Part shown: positions 36,909 through 50,449 of the stretch, in pieces
How the letters are laid out: each line of letters begins with the position of its first letter
Position numbering within the stretch: the first letter of the stretch is position 1
Assembly (NCBI RefSeq): GCF_006345805.1
Contig: NC_043021.1
Coordinates: 5,642,001 to 5,706,000, forward strand
Length of the DNA stretch: 64,000 nt
Source of the DNA: Octopus sinensis
Taxonomy: Eukaryota
Direction: 5' to 3'
Program-made: the position numbers and the translations under genes
Notes under the pieces: generated by a model
What the model was told of the DNA's origin: nothing
The model's database searches: none
What the model saw: only the letters and a program-made list of their open reading frames with translations

Positions 36909-37950
36909 TCGGGATTTCCTAGCCGGCGGCCCGTGTCTCTCGGCATGTAAGGCGGAGCGCTATGAAAGGCCGATCACATTTGCGGAGGTCATAGAGGTGC
37001 TTTGAGAGTGCCCCGGGGACAAGTCACCGGGACTGGATGGTCTTCCTTACGAATTTTATAAGAGTATGCCAAACTTGTTTGGGAACATACTGGCCGGTGT
37101 ATATGCGAACTGCTAGCAGAACAGGAGAATCCATAAATATGTGAGCCGGGGAGTAGTGACACTGATCAGGAAGGACCCGAGCAAGGGTAATGACATTAAT
37201 AACTTTAGGCCCATAACTCTGCTAAACACAGAGTTAAAGATTTTGGCCAATTGTTAGCCAAGAGATTGAGGCTTGTAGTGGGCGACCTGGTGGGAGAAGC
37301 ACAGACATGTGCCATCCAAGACAGGACAATACGCGACAACCTTCACCGCATACACTACACTATAGAGCGGGTGGGTAAAATTTCTGGCAAATGTAGGGCA
37401 CTGGTGAATTTAGACCAGTCTAAGGCATTCGATAGGGTTGACCATCGGTATCTGGGAGCAGTCCTCAGGGCGGTTGGACTGGACCCGACTTTTCGTAGAT
37501 GGTTCAATGCTATGTATAGCGACATCGATTCAATCGTCCGGGTAAACGGTTTCTTCTCGAAGCCGTTCGTGATCGAACGTTCAATTCGCCAGGGCTGCCC
37601 CCGCTTCTGTATGTATTGGCACTTAAGCCACTGCTGCGGAAATTGGAGGCCACGGGGGGAGATCCGCGTGATCTATGTTACGGTAGGAGAATGACGGCAT
37701 ATGCGGATGATGTCACCATCATCGTGTCTGATGAAGGGCAGCTACCTCGTGTAGAAGAGGCCATCAAAAGATACGAAGAAGTGGCAGGAGCAAAAATTAG
37801 CTAGGAAGTATCAGTCGGCTTGCAACTCGGCACCCGTAGGGGCAAGTCGATGTCTCCCAACAGCGTCGTGGGACGTTGGACGGAGGGCCCGGTTAAATTG
37901 CTTGGAGTCTGGTTTGGACCAGATCTCCAGATGGAGAAAAACTGGAGCGA
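36905..37950 (+). mobile_element. Tx1/L1-like LINE RT fragment (frameshifted)
   Basis: KSPGLDGLPYEFY, NFRPITLLNTELKILA, LDQSKAFDRVDH, SIRQGCP and AYADDVT motifs, with stops and frameshifts. Confidence 0.85.
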
Positions 37951-38056
37951 GGTCACAGTAGGGCATTAGAATAGCGCTATACTATAGCAAACACTCTGCA
38001 CATAGTACCCTTGGCTGGAGGGATTGGTTTGGTTAGGCTGAATAAAGGTATATAAT

Positions 38057-38404
38057 GTTGCTCAGGTTTGTAAGGGAAATAACTATATAAGCATTTTTAG
38101 AGATGTAAAGTATAATAGCCATCTCAATATGGCTAACCACTGTAGCTTTTTACGTTCTGAGATTTTAGAGAGTTACTTCCCTTATATAATAGCAAAAAAA
38201 TGCATTAAAAATGGGAAAAAATTATGGTAATTTTTTTTTTAATCGTAGACTCATCGTAGACGCGCGCTAATACCAAGAAGGGCTCGATATGAATCACGAC
38301 TATAAGATACCCGGTTTTGGTTAAACTGCACCGCAAAATGTGGGAGTAGTTAGGAATCTAAATCGTAGGAGACAGACACACAACCTCACTTTTATATATA
38401 AAGA
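38057..38404 (-). mobile_element. non-autonomous Helitron, 3' end truncated
   Basis: TC 5' end at 38404 and body matching 1381-2020. The CTAG end is missing. Confidence 0.8.
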
Positions 38405-38655
38405 TTTAACTTTAGATTAGATGGGTTGATAGAATATATTGCCAGTCCAGTAGTGAAATTTTATTCAAAATACAACGTATCCCCCCCACCAACAACCTGT
38501 CGCTTTCTTGGAAAAAACATCATTCACTTTTCCTTTATTTATAATTGAATAATGATATATTTTCAATCGTAGTTACGCTAATGAAATAACATAAAAATAA
38601 AATAACGCTCAAAATCGGTTTCTAGCTTTACTTTAAGAAAAATAAAAACTGGAAA

Positions 38656-38782
38656 ATGTCGGACGAAGCTTTTCGGAAAGCTGGATTAAATATCGATGAA
38701 TTAAATAATATACGGTTATTAGATCCTGATATATTTCAACAGAGCTCTGAACTGAAGGATGCTTGCAAAGAATTTACAGACA
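38656..38782 (+). CDS. IFT20: intraflagellar transport protein 20, exon 1
   Basis: MSDEAFRKAGLNIDELNNIRLLDPDIFQQSSELKDACKEFTD, donor A|GTAAGT. The full CDS join(38656..38782,41323..41408,44530..44633,49513..49594) is 399 nt (132 aa). Confidence 0.95.
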
Positions 38783-39090
38783 GTAAGTTTATTTATTTTG
38801 GTTACTTTATGTAATCTTCGAAGAGAAATCATTTCTCCGTAGAAGACATTGTTGTGTTGGTAACTAAGGGACATCAATGTAATCAAAATAATGGGTAGAG
38901 ATGTAGTTTAGCTTGTTTAATTAATTACTATTTCAGTGAACGAGAAGTAATTATCAAATTACAACAGATATTTATTACGTAAATATTGTGCAGCAACGAA
39001 AGCTGTAGATATAAAAAAAAAGATTGTTTGTTAATGGTTTAAAAAAAAAAAAAAGCTCAAGTCCGACTTCGATGTGTCTATACATATATA

Positions 39091-39471
<381 letters not shown>

Positions 39472-39913
39472 CGATAGTTCCTGAGCTAACGTAGGATCTT
39501 TTACTAGCTAGAAATAACAGCTATATATCCCTCAAGTCACAGTCACCGTCGTAAAGGTGTAATACGTTGGATTATGTGGTTCTGGATTCTGTGCACAGAA
39601 GGGAAAAGATGTTTTATCAGGGCTGACCTGGAAGCTAAACAACAACAACAAGAAAAACATGAAAGAAATTCCGTGTAACCCCTGTGAACCATAGAAAATA
39701 TTGGGATCAGACATTGTAGGGCCCGAAGCCCACATTTTTGTGAGTAGCGAAAAGTGGGAACGGGGGTAAGGATGAAGAATCTACAAAATTCACTTCCCTT
39801 CCAAGAAATATAGCGATTTTCACATGAGTCGAACTTAGAACGTCAAGAAACGCAACTAAAGTCGGTAGGTAGGTATTTTCGATGAGAAGGGGTGAGGAAA
39901 CAATCCGGAATTT

Positions 39914-40166
39914 ATCATCATCATCATCATTTAATGTCCGCTTTCCATGCTAGCATGGGTTGGACGGTTCAACTGGGGTCTGGGAGGCCCGAAGGCTGCA
40001 CCAGGCCCAGTCTGATCTGGCAGTGTTTCTACAGCTGGATGCCCTTCCTAACGCCAACCACTCCTTGAGTGTAGTAGGTGCTTTTTATGTGCCACCGACA
40101 CAGGTGCCAGACGAGGCTGGCGAACGGCCACGCTCGGATGGTGTTTTTTATGTGCCACCGGCACGT
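39914..40166 (-). mobile_element. SINE family D (RTE-like 3' tail ending (GAT)n)
   Basis: Tail AGCATGGAAAGCGGAC..AAATGATGATG and internal GTGCCACCGG repeats. Other copies lie at about 46930-47175, 49955-50278, 52506-52795 and 56745-57045. Confidence 0.75.
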
Positions 40167-40841
40167 GTCGTCCATGAAGTACCAGTCAAGCACTGGAGAT
40201 CAATGTAATCGACTTAGCCCTCCCCAAAAAATTTCAGGTCTTGTGCCTTTAGTAGAAAGGATTATTATTATTATTAAGGTGACAAGCTGGGCAAAATGCT
40301 TTGCAGTATTTCATCCATTTTTACATTCTGAGTTCAAATGCCATCGAGGTTGACTTTTCCTTTCATCATTTCAAGATTAGTGAATTATGTAGCAGGTGAG
40401 CACTGGAGCCATGTAATCAACTTGGACCCTCCCCCAAATTTCTGGCTTTGTACTTATAATAGAAAGGATTATTGTTGTTGTTGTTGTTATTGTTATAATA
40501 TTTTACTTCTCAGAGCTCTCAATCTTACTTGCTCTGGTTAATTCTGTGAGAGCAGACAGCATCCTGTTGTGAAAGGTCTCACAGGGTCTCTTTCCATAAA
40601 TTATAATACTTGGAACTTTGGTGTTAGGTATCATAGAAGATACTCAGTTCTTTGAGCATGCTCTACCCTCATGTCAATTCCAATGTCTCTGACATATTTC
40701 TCAGAGCTGGATTTTCTATGGGGAGCATGCCCTTGCTTACTCCCAACCTCAGTTTCTAGACACGAGTGGTCCCAAGACCAAGGCCTCTACCACGATTTCT
40801 AAGGAATGTGGTGAAAAACTAGCTAGGAAGGCAGGGACGTT

Positions 40842-41192
40842 ATCAAAGAAGCTTGAGAGGCGGTTGGATGGAACCTACACTCGCCTCCTTATGAGAGCTC
40901 AAAATCTCTCGTGGAAGCGCCATCCAACCAAAATGCAAATATATGGGAAATTACCACCTGTGTCATCTCTTGTGAAAGATAGGAGAGTCCAGTTTGCTGG
41001 ACATTGTTGTAGAGCTGAAAAAGAGGCAATTTCTACTCTTCTCCTCTGGAAGCCATCTACTCGCAATACCAGAAGGCGCACACTCTCCTACCCTGATGTA
41101 ATCTCCAGGGATACAGGCATCCAGCAACAGGACCTGGCGTAGCATGGTAAATTCCATTGTCTCGACCACAGTCGAACAATGATGATGATGAC
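40842..41192 (+). mobile_element. RTE-type LINE 3' end
   Basis: LDGTYTRLLMRAQNLSWK..RRVQFAGHC..DTGI, followed by a (GAT)n tail. Confidence 0.75.
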
Positions 41193-41322
41193 TACTCCCT
41201 GAGACGCCTTTTGGAGCCCCTTCTACCTATCAATTTCTACAATTTACCACCTCGGTGTTATCATTGTTGTTCATGTAACTTACTATGTACTAAACCCCTG
41301 ATGTTTTGTTTGTTTATTTCAG

Positions 41323-41408
41323 AAATCGAGTCCTTTCATAAAATCGTAGCGTCTGTCATTGCAGTAGTTGACAATGTTGCAAAAGAAGTGGAAAAAGAGA
41401 AAATGAAG
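41323..41408 (+). CDS. IFT20: IFT20 exon 2
   Basis: TTTCAG| (K)IESFHKIVASVIAVVDNVAKEVEKEKMK |GTACAT; 86 nt. Confidence 0.95.
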
Positions 41409-41489
41409 GTACATCTTCCTCATTACTTCTCAGACTTTTTTAAACCATTGCTCCCTTTTCTCTCACTAATATCTATTCAATGCTCCACC

Positions 41490-41908
41490 TATTTCTTTAC
41501 TACCCACAAGGGGCTAAACACAGAGGGGACAAACAAGGACAGACATAGGTATTAAGTCAGTTTACATCGACCCCAGTGCATAACTGGTACTTATTTAATC
41601 AACCCCGAAAGGATGAAAGGCAAAGTCAACCTCGGCGGAATTTGAACTCAGAACGTAGCGGCAGACGAAATACCTATTTCTTTATTACCCACAAGGGGCT
41701 AAACACAGAGGGGACAAACAAGGACAGACAAACGGATTAAGTCAATTACATCGACCCCCAGTGCGTAACTGGTACTTATTTAATCGACCCCCGAAAGGAT
41801 GAAAGGCAAAGTCGACCTCGGCGGAATTTGAACTCAGAACATAGCGGCAGACGAAATACCGCTGAGCATTTCGTCCGGCGTGCTAACGATTCTGCCAGCT
41901 CGCCGCCT
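41490..41908 (-). mobile_element. SINE family B dimer with a single 14-bp TSD
   Basis: TSD TTCAATGCTCCACC at 41476-41489 and 41909-41922. Confidence 0.85.
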
Positions 41909-43563
41909 TTCAATGCTCCACCACCACTCACTATGATAATCATGGATATCGATATATATGCACCATATTAGATTAAATACACCACATACAAAAATTGCTG
42001 GTCCTGTACAAAAATTAGAAACCAATATTCTTCTCATTCTTTCTGTCTGTCTCTTTCTCTCTCATTCTCTTTGTTTACGTATGTGTGATGTTTCTTTCTC
42101 CCCACCCCTCTCTCTATGTTTATGTGTGAGTTCCTAGATATTTTTGTGAGTATGTCTAATGTCTTTATTATTACGACTGAGGGCAGCAAGCTGTCAGAAT
42201 AATAAGTGCGTCAAACAAAATACTTAGTGCCATTTCTTCCATCCCTTTACTTGTTAAGCTTGAATTCCATTGAGATTGGCTTTGCTTTTCATCCTTTCAG
42301 GTTCAATAAAATATGTACCAATTGTGCACTAAGGTCAATGCAATTGACTAGGTTCCTCCCCATAAAATGTACTTAAAGTAGAAAGACTTACTACTATTAT
42401 TATTATTGAGCAAGAGAATAGCACATGCCATTAAAGTGACACTGGGGTAAAATATATTAAGGCGACGAGCTGGCAGAAACGTTAGCATGCCAGGAGAAAT
42501 GCGTAGCCGTATTTCGTCTGCCGTTACGTTCTGAGTTCAAATTCCGCTGAGGTCAACTTTGCCTTTCATCCTTTCAGGGTCGATAAATTAAGTACCAGTT
42601 ACGCACTGGAGTCGATTTAATCGACTTAATCCGTTTATCTCCCCTTGTTTGTCCCCTCTGTGTTTAGCACCTTGTGGGTAGTAAAGAAATATATATAAAG
42701 TCCATTATACCCATCATGATTACCCCTCTGATAAGGGTAGACCAGGCACATGCATCACAACCATATGTGCGCAAAATGGTGATCTCATATCAGGATGAGC
42801 AGCACATGACCTTGCAGGTGGGGCCCAGTTAGAATTTTCTTCAAGTCGAGTACCCCATCCCTGATATTCAGGTCCCTGATATTCAGGTTTGTTTTAAGGA
42901 TGATGAACGAAACACCCATGTTTCTAGAAGTGAATTATTCAAACCCCAAAGAATTCCCCTCAATATATGGCTATGATGCTCCTCCACTACATCAGCTCGT
43001 GATCAGAGATGCACATATCGTCAGCCACTAAGGGACATGGTCAACTGGTTAAGGTCAAACAACTGACAAGCAAATCTGTGGTATTGAGCAGAATATTTGC
43101 TGCAGTCTGCCTTTTATACCAAGACAAAACAATGTACATGATAACACTATCAATGAATTAAGATCAGAAGCCATGAGAGCCACTGCCTGGTAGAGTACCA
43201 AGCTGTCAGAATTGTTAGCACACCAGGCAAGATGCTCAGCAGCATTTTGTCTATCTTCATGTTCTGAGTTCAAATCCCACCAAGGTTGACTTTTGCCTTT
43301 CACCCTTTTGGGGTTGGTAAAGTGAGTACTAGTTGAGTATCGGGGTCAATGGAATTGACTTACTTCCTCCTCTGATCTTACAGGCCTTGTCCCTAAATTT
43401 GAGACCAATGTTACTGAAAGTGGCAAACTGGCAGAACCATCAGAGCATCAAACAAAGTGCCTGGTGGTATTTCATCCAGCTCTTTATGCTGCTCTGAGCT
43501 CAAATACCATCAAGAGCAATTTTACCTTTCATCCTTGCAAAGTAAACAAAAAATACAGTACCA

Positions 43564-43954
43564 GGTGCAGGAGTGGCTGTGTGGTAAGTAGCTTGTTTAC
43601 CAACCACATGGTTCTGGGTTCAGTCCCACTGCGTGGCACCTTGGGCAAGTGTCTTCTGCTATAGCCTCGGGCCGACCAAAGCCTTGTGAGTGGATTTGGT
43701 AGACGGAAACTGAAAGAATCCCGTCGTATATATGTATATATATATATATGCGTGTGTGTGTCCCTAGCATTGCTTGACAACCGATGCTGGTGTGTTTATG
43801 TTCCCGTTACTTAGCGGTTCGGCAAAAGAGACCAATAGAATAAGTACTGGGCTTACAAAAGAATAAGTCCCGTGGTCAAGTTGCTCGATTAAAGCCGGTG
43901 CTCCAGCATGGCCGCAGTCAAATGACTGAAACAAGTAAAAGAGTAAAAGAGAGT
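43564..43954 (+). mobile_element. SINE family A
   Basis: Full-length copy. Confidence 0.9.
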
Positions 43955-44200
43955 ACCAATCACGTACTGGGAATAATGTAATTAACCTTCCCGACTCTTC
44001 AAAATTGTTGTCCTTGTACCAAAATTTGAAAGATTTATTACTGTTGAGGGTGGTGAGCTGGCAGAATTGCAGAAGTGTTGGGAAAAGAACACCTGTTTGT
44101 TCCCACTAGAGTCATTTTTACCTTTCATCCTTTTGAGGTTGATAAAAATACTACAAATTGAACACAGGAGTTAATGTAATCACCTTCACCCACTCCTTAA

Positions 44201-44419
44201 CCCTTTAGTATTTAAACCGGCCATATCCGGCCAAAATAGTTAATCTGCTTTATGTTCAAACTGACCAGATCCAGGCCCTCACACCTACCCTACAATGTTA
44301 TTCTACATTAAGTAATTACACCATCAAGATCTTGAAGATATGAGATAATGCATGATTAATTCAAATCAATGGGAATCAATAAGCATTATGCTTGATGGAA
44401 TAATCTGAACACTAAAGGG
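44201..44419. mobile_element. piggyBac-like MITE (PB1)
   Basis: TTAA|CCCTTTAG...CTAAAGGG|TTAA. Confidence 0.8.
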
Positions 44420-44529
44420 TTAAAACTGCTATCCTCGTGTCTAAATCAGAAGCCATTATTATTATTATTGCAGTTGTTTTTATTATTCAAGAAATCATTG
44501 TTTGTATTTTATATGTTTCCCTTAATCAG

Positions 44530-44633
44530 GCAATTGGTTCGCGGAACATGCTGAAATCCATAACGAAACAGAGAGAAGCAGAACAGATGCAGCTTTTGGC
44601 ACTGATCACAGAAAAAACAATGCAGTTAGAAAG
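44530..44633 (+). CDS. IFT20: IFT20 exon 3
   Basis: TCAG| [34 protein letters not shown](R) |GTCAGA; 104 nt. Confidence 0.95.
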
Positions 44634-44810
44634 GTCAGAGTTCACCTTTTTCACATTTTTTTTTTTTAATACTTACCATATGTCCAACCCATGCTAGCAT
44701 GGAAAACGGACGTTAAATGATGATGATGACTTACCGAGTCTGCAGGAAGCAGCAGAAACAAACTGTGAGTTTTGCGGGCCCTCCAAGATCGGGAAGTTTG
44801 AAGCCATTAA

Positions 44811-45771
44811 CCCTTTCGTTACTGTATTTATTTTGAGATGTTCTTTGTTTTTTTCAGTTAATTTTAAATGTAACAAAGAATTTAGTAAAATAACTTAGTT
44901 ATCATTAAGCTAGTGTTAGGAACATAAATTGTGACTAAAGTTTGGTGGAAGATTTTAATTTAAAACTTATGAAAACAAGACATTTGTACTACAGAGCCAG
45001 AAGCAGTGTCAGCTAGGTTGGTATCAAAAGGGTTAAATATAACAAGGAATTTAGTAAAATAACTTAGTTATCATTAAGCTTGTATTAGGAACATAAATTG
45101 TGACTAAGGTTTGGTGGAAGATTTTAATTAAGAACTTTTGAAAATAAGACATTTGTAATACAGAGCCAGAGCCAGTTTCAGCCATGTTGGCATCAAAGGG
45201 TTAAATAGCATGGTGATTTTTACCCTTTTATTATCCTATTTCTGTTGAGATGCTCTGTGTTTCTTTCAATTAATTTTAAATATAACAAAGAATTTAGTAA
45301 AATAACTTAGTTATCATTAAGCTAGCGTTAGGAACGTAAATTGTGACTAAGGTTTGGTGGAAGATTTTAATTCAAAACTTATGAAAACAAGACATTTGTA
45401 CTACAGAGCCAGCGGTGGTTTCAGCCGGGTTGGTATCGAAAGGGTTAAACACACCTCTACATTTGGGCTGATGCACATTAGAAGCAGTTGGAAGGGTGCA
45501 GATTGAAGGAAATTTAGGCTATTATTTCTGCTGATTATTTTTCTTCTTAACCCTTTCGTTACTGTATTTATTTTGAGATGCTCTGTGTTTCTTTCAATTA
45601 ATTTTAAATATAACAAAGAATTTAGTAAAATAACTTAGTTATCATTAAGCTAGTGTTAGGAACATAAATTGTGACTAAGGTTTGGTGGAAGATTTTAATT
45701 CAAAACTTATGAAAACAAGACATTTGTACTCAGGGCCAGAGCTGGTTTCGGCCAGGTTGGTAATGAAAGGG
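44811..45771. mobile_element. cluster of four piggyBac-like MITEs (PB2)
   Basis: Copies at 44811-45032, about 45033-45200 (partial), 45223-45444 and 45551-45771. CCCTTT..AAAGGG termini, mostly TTAA-flanked, all in the same orientation. Confidence 0.75.
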
Positions 45772-46849
45772 TTAATGTTCTGTTTAAACTGTTGCAGCTC
45801 AACACCTGCAGGAATGGCATGAGTGGAGGTTCCAGAAGCACCTTGACTGAGGCCTTGTAAGTGGATTTGGCTGACAGAAACCGAAAGAGGCTTGGTATAT
45901 GGATGTATATCATAATCATCATCATTTAATGTCTGTTTTCCAAGATGGCATGGGTTGGATGGTTCAACAGAAACTGGCAAGTCAGAGGACTGTTCTATGC
46001 TCTGATGCCTGCTTTGGCATGGCTTCTGTGGCTGGATAACTTTCTTACTGCCAACCATTTTACACAGTGTACGAGATGCTTTTTATATGGCACCAACAAC
46101 AGTGAAGTTACCAAATAACCTACAAGATGACACTCGTCACCCAAAGGGTGGAGAGCACTGTTGAGGGACAGAAAAAGGTGTTTTGCATCAGAGAGGAAAC
46201 ACGGCCACCACAGGTGAGGAGTACACGTGACACATAAACGGCACCCAGTACATTCTGTAAAGTGGGTGTCATTAGGAAGGGCAGGCGGTAGAGCTTGGCA
46301 CAGTCTTCTGACTTCAGAGGAATTTGAACTCAAACCATCCAACCCATGTCAACATGGAAAATGAATGCTACATGTACATGTGGGAGTCTCCTTGTCTTAA
46401 CATCATGTGGCAGTTGTAAATAAGTGTCACTGTCACACAAGCAGTGTCCTTCACCCTTCACTTCCAGTCTTCTGTGAAAACGTGTCCACCTACGAAGAAA
46501 TATTGCTTTTGTCGGAAACAGGTGAAGATTGATGGCAATAAGGGCATCCAGCTATGAAAACGCAGCCTCAATGAATCCCGTCCGACTCTGTGAATCATGA
46601 CTTATTTCATGCTCTTTCTTTACCTTAGCAGTGTTAGAAATCCCACAAAAACAGAGTCACACACACTGCTCTTCCTGTCCCTAATTGATGAAGTCGTTGC
46701 AGAAAAATACAAAACAAAGGACAAGAGTCTTTCACTAGTTGTAATTGACCCCAGAAGAATGAAAGCTACTGTCAAATCTTGCTGTGATCTGAACATCAAG
46801 AGACAGATGTAAATGCTGAAATCTTACTCCACTGTTGTTATTATTCTTT

Positions 46850-48940
46850 TCTACTCTAGGCACAAGGCCCGAAATTTTGGGGAGTGGGCCAGTTGATTAG
46901 ATTGACCCCAGTACACTACTGGTACTTAATTTATCGAGGCACGTTAAAAGCACCAACCGATCGTGGCCGATGCCAGACTCCCCTGGCACCTGTGCCAGTG
47001 GCACATAAAAAGCACTCACTACACACGCGGAGTGGTTGGCGTTAGGAAGGGCATCCAGCTGTAGAAACACTGCCAGATCAGACTGGAGCCTGTTGCAGCC
47101 CCTGGCTTCCCAGACCCCGGTCGAACCGTCCAACCCGTGCTAGCGCGGAAAACGGACGTTAAACGATGATGATGAAAGGATGAAAAGCAAAGTCGACTTC
47201 GGTGAAATTTGAACTCAGAACGTAAAGGCAAATGAAATACCTATTTCTTTATTACCCACAAGGGGCTAAACACAGAGGGGACAAACAAGGACAGACATAG
47301 GTATTAAGTCGATTACATCGACCCCAGTGCGTAACTGGTACTTAATTTATTGACCCCGAAAGGATGAAAGGCAAAGTCGACCTCGGCGGAATTTGAACTC
47401 AGAACAAGGCAAATGAAATACCACTACGCATTTCGCCTAGCGTGCTAACATTATTATTCTTATTGTTAAGGCAAAGAGTTAGCAGAATCGTTAGTGCACC
47501 GGGCGAAATGCTTAGCGGTATTTCATCTGCCGCTACATTCTGAGTTCAAATTCCACCAAGGCCGACTTTGCCTTTCATCCTTTTGGGGGTCGATAAACTA
47601 AGTACCAGTTACGCACTGGGGTTGATGTAATCGACTTAATACCTATGTCTGTCCTTGTTTGTCCCCTCTATGTTTAGCCCCTTGTGGGTAATAAAGAAAT
47701 AGGTATTTCGTCTGCCGCTACATTCTGAGTTCAAATTCCACCAAGGTCGACTTTGCCTTTCATCCTTTTGGGGTCGATAAACTAAGTACCAGTTGAATAC
47801 TGGGGTCGATGTAATCGACTATCCCCCTCCCCCAAATTTCAGGCCTTGTGTCTACAGTAGAAAGGATGATTATTATTATTAAGGCAGTGAGCTGGCAGAA
47901 TCGTTAGCATGCCACGCAAAATGCTTTGTGTCGTTTCATCCATCCTTACATTCTGTGTTCAAATTCCACTGAAGTCGACTTTACCTTTCATCCTTTTGGG
48001 GTCAATAAATTAAGTACCAGTTGAGTACTGGGGTTGATGCAATCGGCTAGTCCCCTCACACAAATTTTAGGCCTTGTGCCTATAGTAGAAAGGATTATTA
48101 TTAAATTCTGCTGATGCCAACTTTGCCTTTCATCTTTTCGGGGGTTAATGAAATAAATACCAGTTACACACTGGGGCCAATGTAATTGACTAGCCCCCCC
48201 CCCCTCGAAATTCTAGGCCTTGTGCCTAATAGTAGAAAGGATCATTATTATTATTATTGTTATACTTTTGCTATAAGACTACTACAACTGTTAATTGCTA
48301 ACAAGCACACAGTATTTTGTTTTGCAACCATAATATACTATCAAGTATGTTGATTTCAAATTTGGGATATAGGCTGGCAAGTTCAGGGTAGATGTCACAT
48401 TGACCCCAGTGCTCAACTGGTAATTATTTTATCAACCCCAGAGGAATTTGAACTCAGACTATAAAGATGGATGAAATGCTGCTAAACATTTCACCCAGCA
48501 TGCTAATAAATCTGTCAAGTACTACCGGCGAGCTGGCAGAAACGTTAGCACGCCAGGCGAAATGCGTAGCCATATTTCGTCTGCCGTTACGTTCTGAGTT
48601 CAAATTCCGCCAAGGTCGACTTTGCCTTTCGTCCTTTTGGGGGCGATTAAACAAGTACCAGTTACGCACTGGGGTCGATATAATCGACTTAATCCATTTG
48701 TCTGCCCTTGTTTTCCCCCTCTGTGTTTAGCCCCTTGTGGGTAGTAAAGAAATGGGTATTTCGTCTGCCATTACGTTCTGAGTTCAAATTCCGCCAAGGT
48801 CAACTTTGCCTTTCATCCTTTCGGGGGCGATTAAACAAGTACCAGTTACACACTGGGGTCGATATAATCGACTTAATCCCTTTGTCTGTCCTTGTTTGCC
48901 CTCTCTGTGTTTAGCCCCTTGTGGGCAATAAAGAAATATA
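46850..48940. mobile_element. dense cluster of SINE B/D copies and dimers
   Basis: Repeated GTCGACTTTGCCTTTCATCCTTT core in both orientations. Confidence 0.8.
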
Positions 48941-49512
48941 TACTACCAAGTGTATGGAAGGTTTACAACTCAGTATTGTCTCATTTTAGAGTTTATTTTT
49001 ACAGATTTTCAATCAAATTCAGAACCAGTGCTTAATGCTACAGGAAATCTGTAGAGATAAATTTTAAAATGATTATTTCTATTATACTTCTGCTTCTCAG
49101 CTACATGGTTCCAGGTTCAGTCCCACCATGGGTGGGTGTCTTCTGCTGCTGTAGCCATGAGCTGACCAAAGCTTTGTGAGTGGATTTAGTTGAGGAAAAC
49201 TGAAACGAGCCACTTGTGTGTATATGTATGTATGTGTCTATTTGCTTTGACCACATGATTGTTGTAAATCAATGTCATTCGTTTGTAGTATTCTGCTAAA
49301 AACATGTCTGGCCATGGGGTAATATTATCTTGCTTGGAAACAAAAAGGGTATCAAGTCATACAAAATGTACCTCAACAAATTCCATCTCACCCATGATGG
49401 CATGGAAAAGTGGACACTAAATGATGATTATATATGAATTCTTACTACAGCTCCTATTATACCTTTACTCTGCTTCTTGTAATGAAATTGATTTTCCTTT
49501 TTTTATTTGCAG

Positions 49513-49594
49513 ATTACGCATCCAACATGAAGCTTTGTTAAAGCAGGAAAGAGATCAAAATGAATTTATTGAACAGTTAATGCTAGAAAAATAA
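49513..49594 (+). CDS. IFT20: IFT20 exon 4 (terminal)
   Basis: TTGCAG| LRIQHEALLKQERDQNEFIEQLMLEK TAA; AATAAA at 49777-49782. Confidence 0.95.
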
Positions 49595-50449
49595 TGGGCA
49601 TCTTTTTTGCAGAAGGTTCTTCAACAAAAATCTATTTTATATCTGTGGTTTGAAAAAAATATATACAAATATATAAATATATATATATACTAATCATGTA
49701 AAAATTAATTTAATATTTTTTTTCTTTTTTCCACCCTCATGTTTGAAAAGAAATTATTTTTTATTAAAGTTCTTTCAATAAAGTGTGCACGTTTTGAACT
49801 TTTCATATCATTTTACTTAATATATTTAATGGTGTATTAGATGCGTGTTTTGCCACTCCACCAAAAAAACTGTCCCCCAAAAAAATCATCCTAGGTCTAA
49901 TATGCAAAGTTGTGCACCCCCCATATACTTTAATGCTCTAAAACCTATTTATTTCCGACTGGCCTCATGCCGGTGGCACATAAAAAGTACCATCCGTTCG
50001 TGGCCGTTGCCAGCCTCACCTGGCCCCCGTGCCGGTAGCACGTAAAAAGCACCATCCGTCCATGGCCGTTTGCCAGCTCCGTCTGGCACCTGTGCGGGTG
50101 GCACATAAAAAGCACCCACTACACTCACGGAGTGGTTGGCGTTAGAAAGGGCATCCAGCCGTAGAAACACTGCCAGATCAGACTGGGCCTGGTGCAGCCT
50201 TCTGGCTTCACAGACCCCAGTTGAACCGTCCAACCCATGCTAGCATGAAAAGCGGACGCTAAATGATGATGATGATGAATATGTGCTACTGAAATCCTAG
50301 CATATCTGATATGCCTGTGTATTTTATGCCATTAAATATAGTAGGTTTTATTTTTTTTCCTGTGCATGCCTGAATTGGGTGGATTTAGTAATACAGAGAA
50401 CAACAGGAGGTTTCTATGGGACAACAGTGAGGCCTATTGAACAAATTTG

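Noticed and set aside
34840-38650. Myb/SANT partner gene of a Harbinger transposon
   Set aside because: The interval holds only Helitrons and LINE fragments; no such ORF or TIR was seen.
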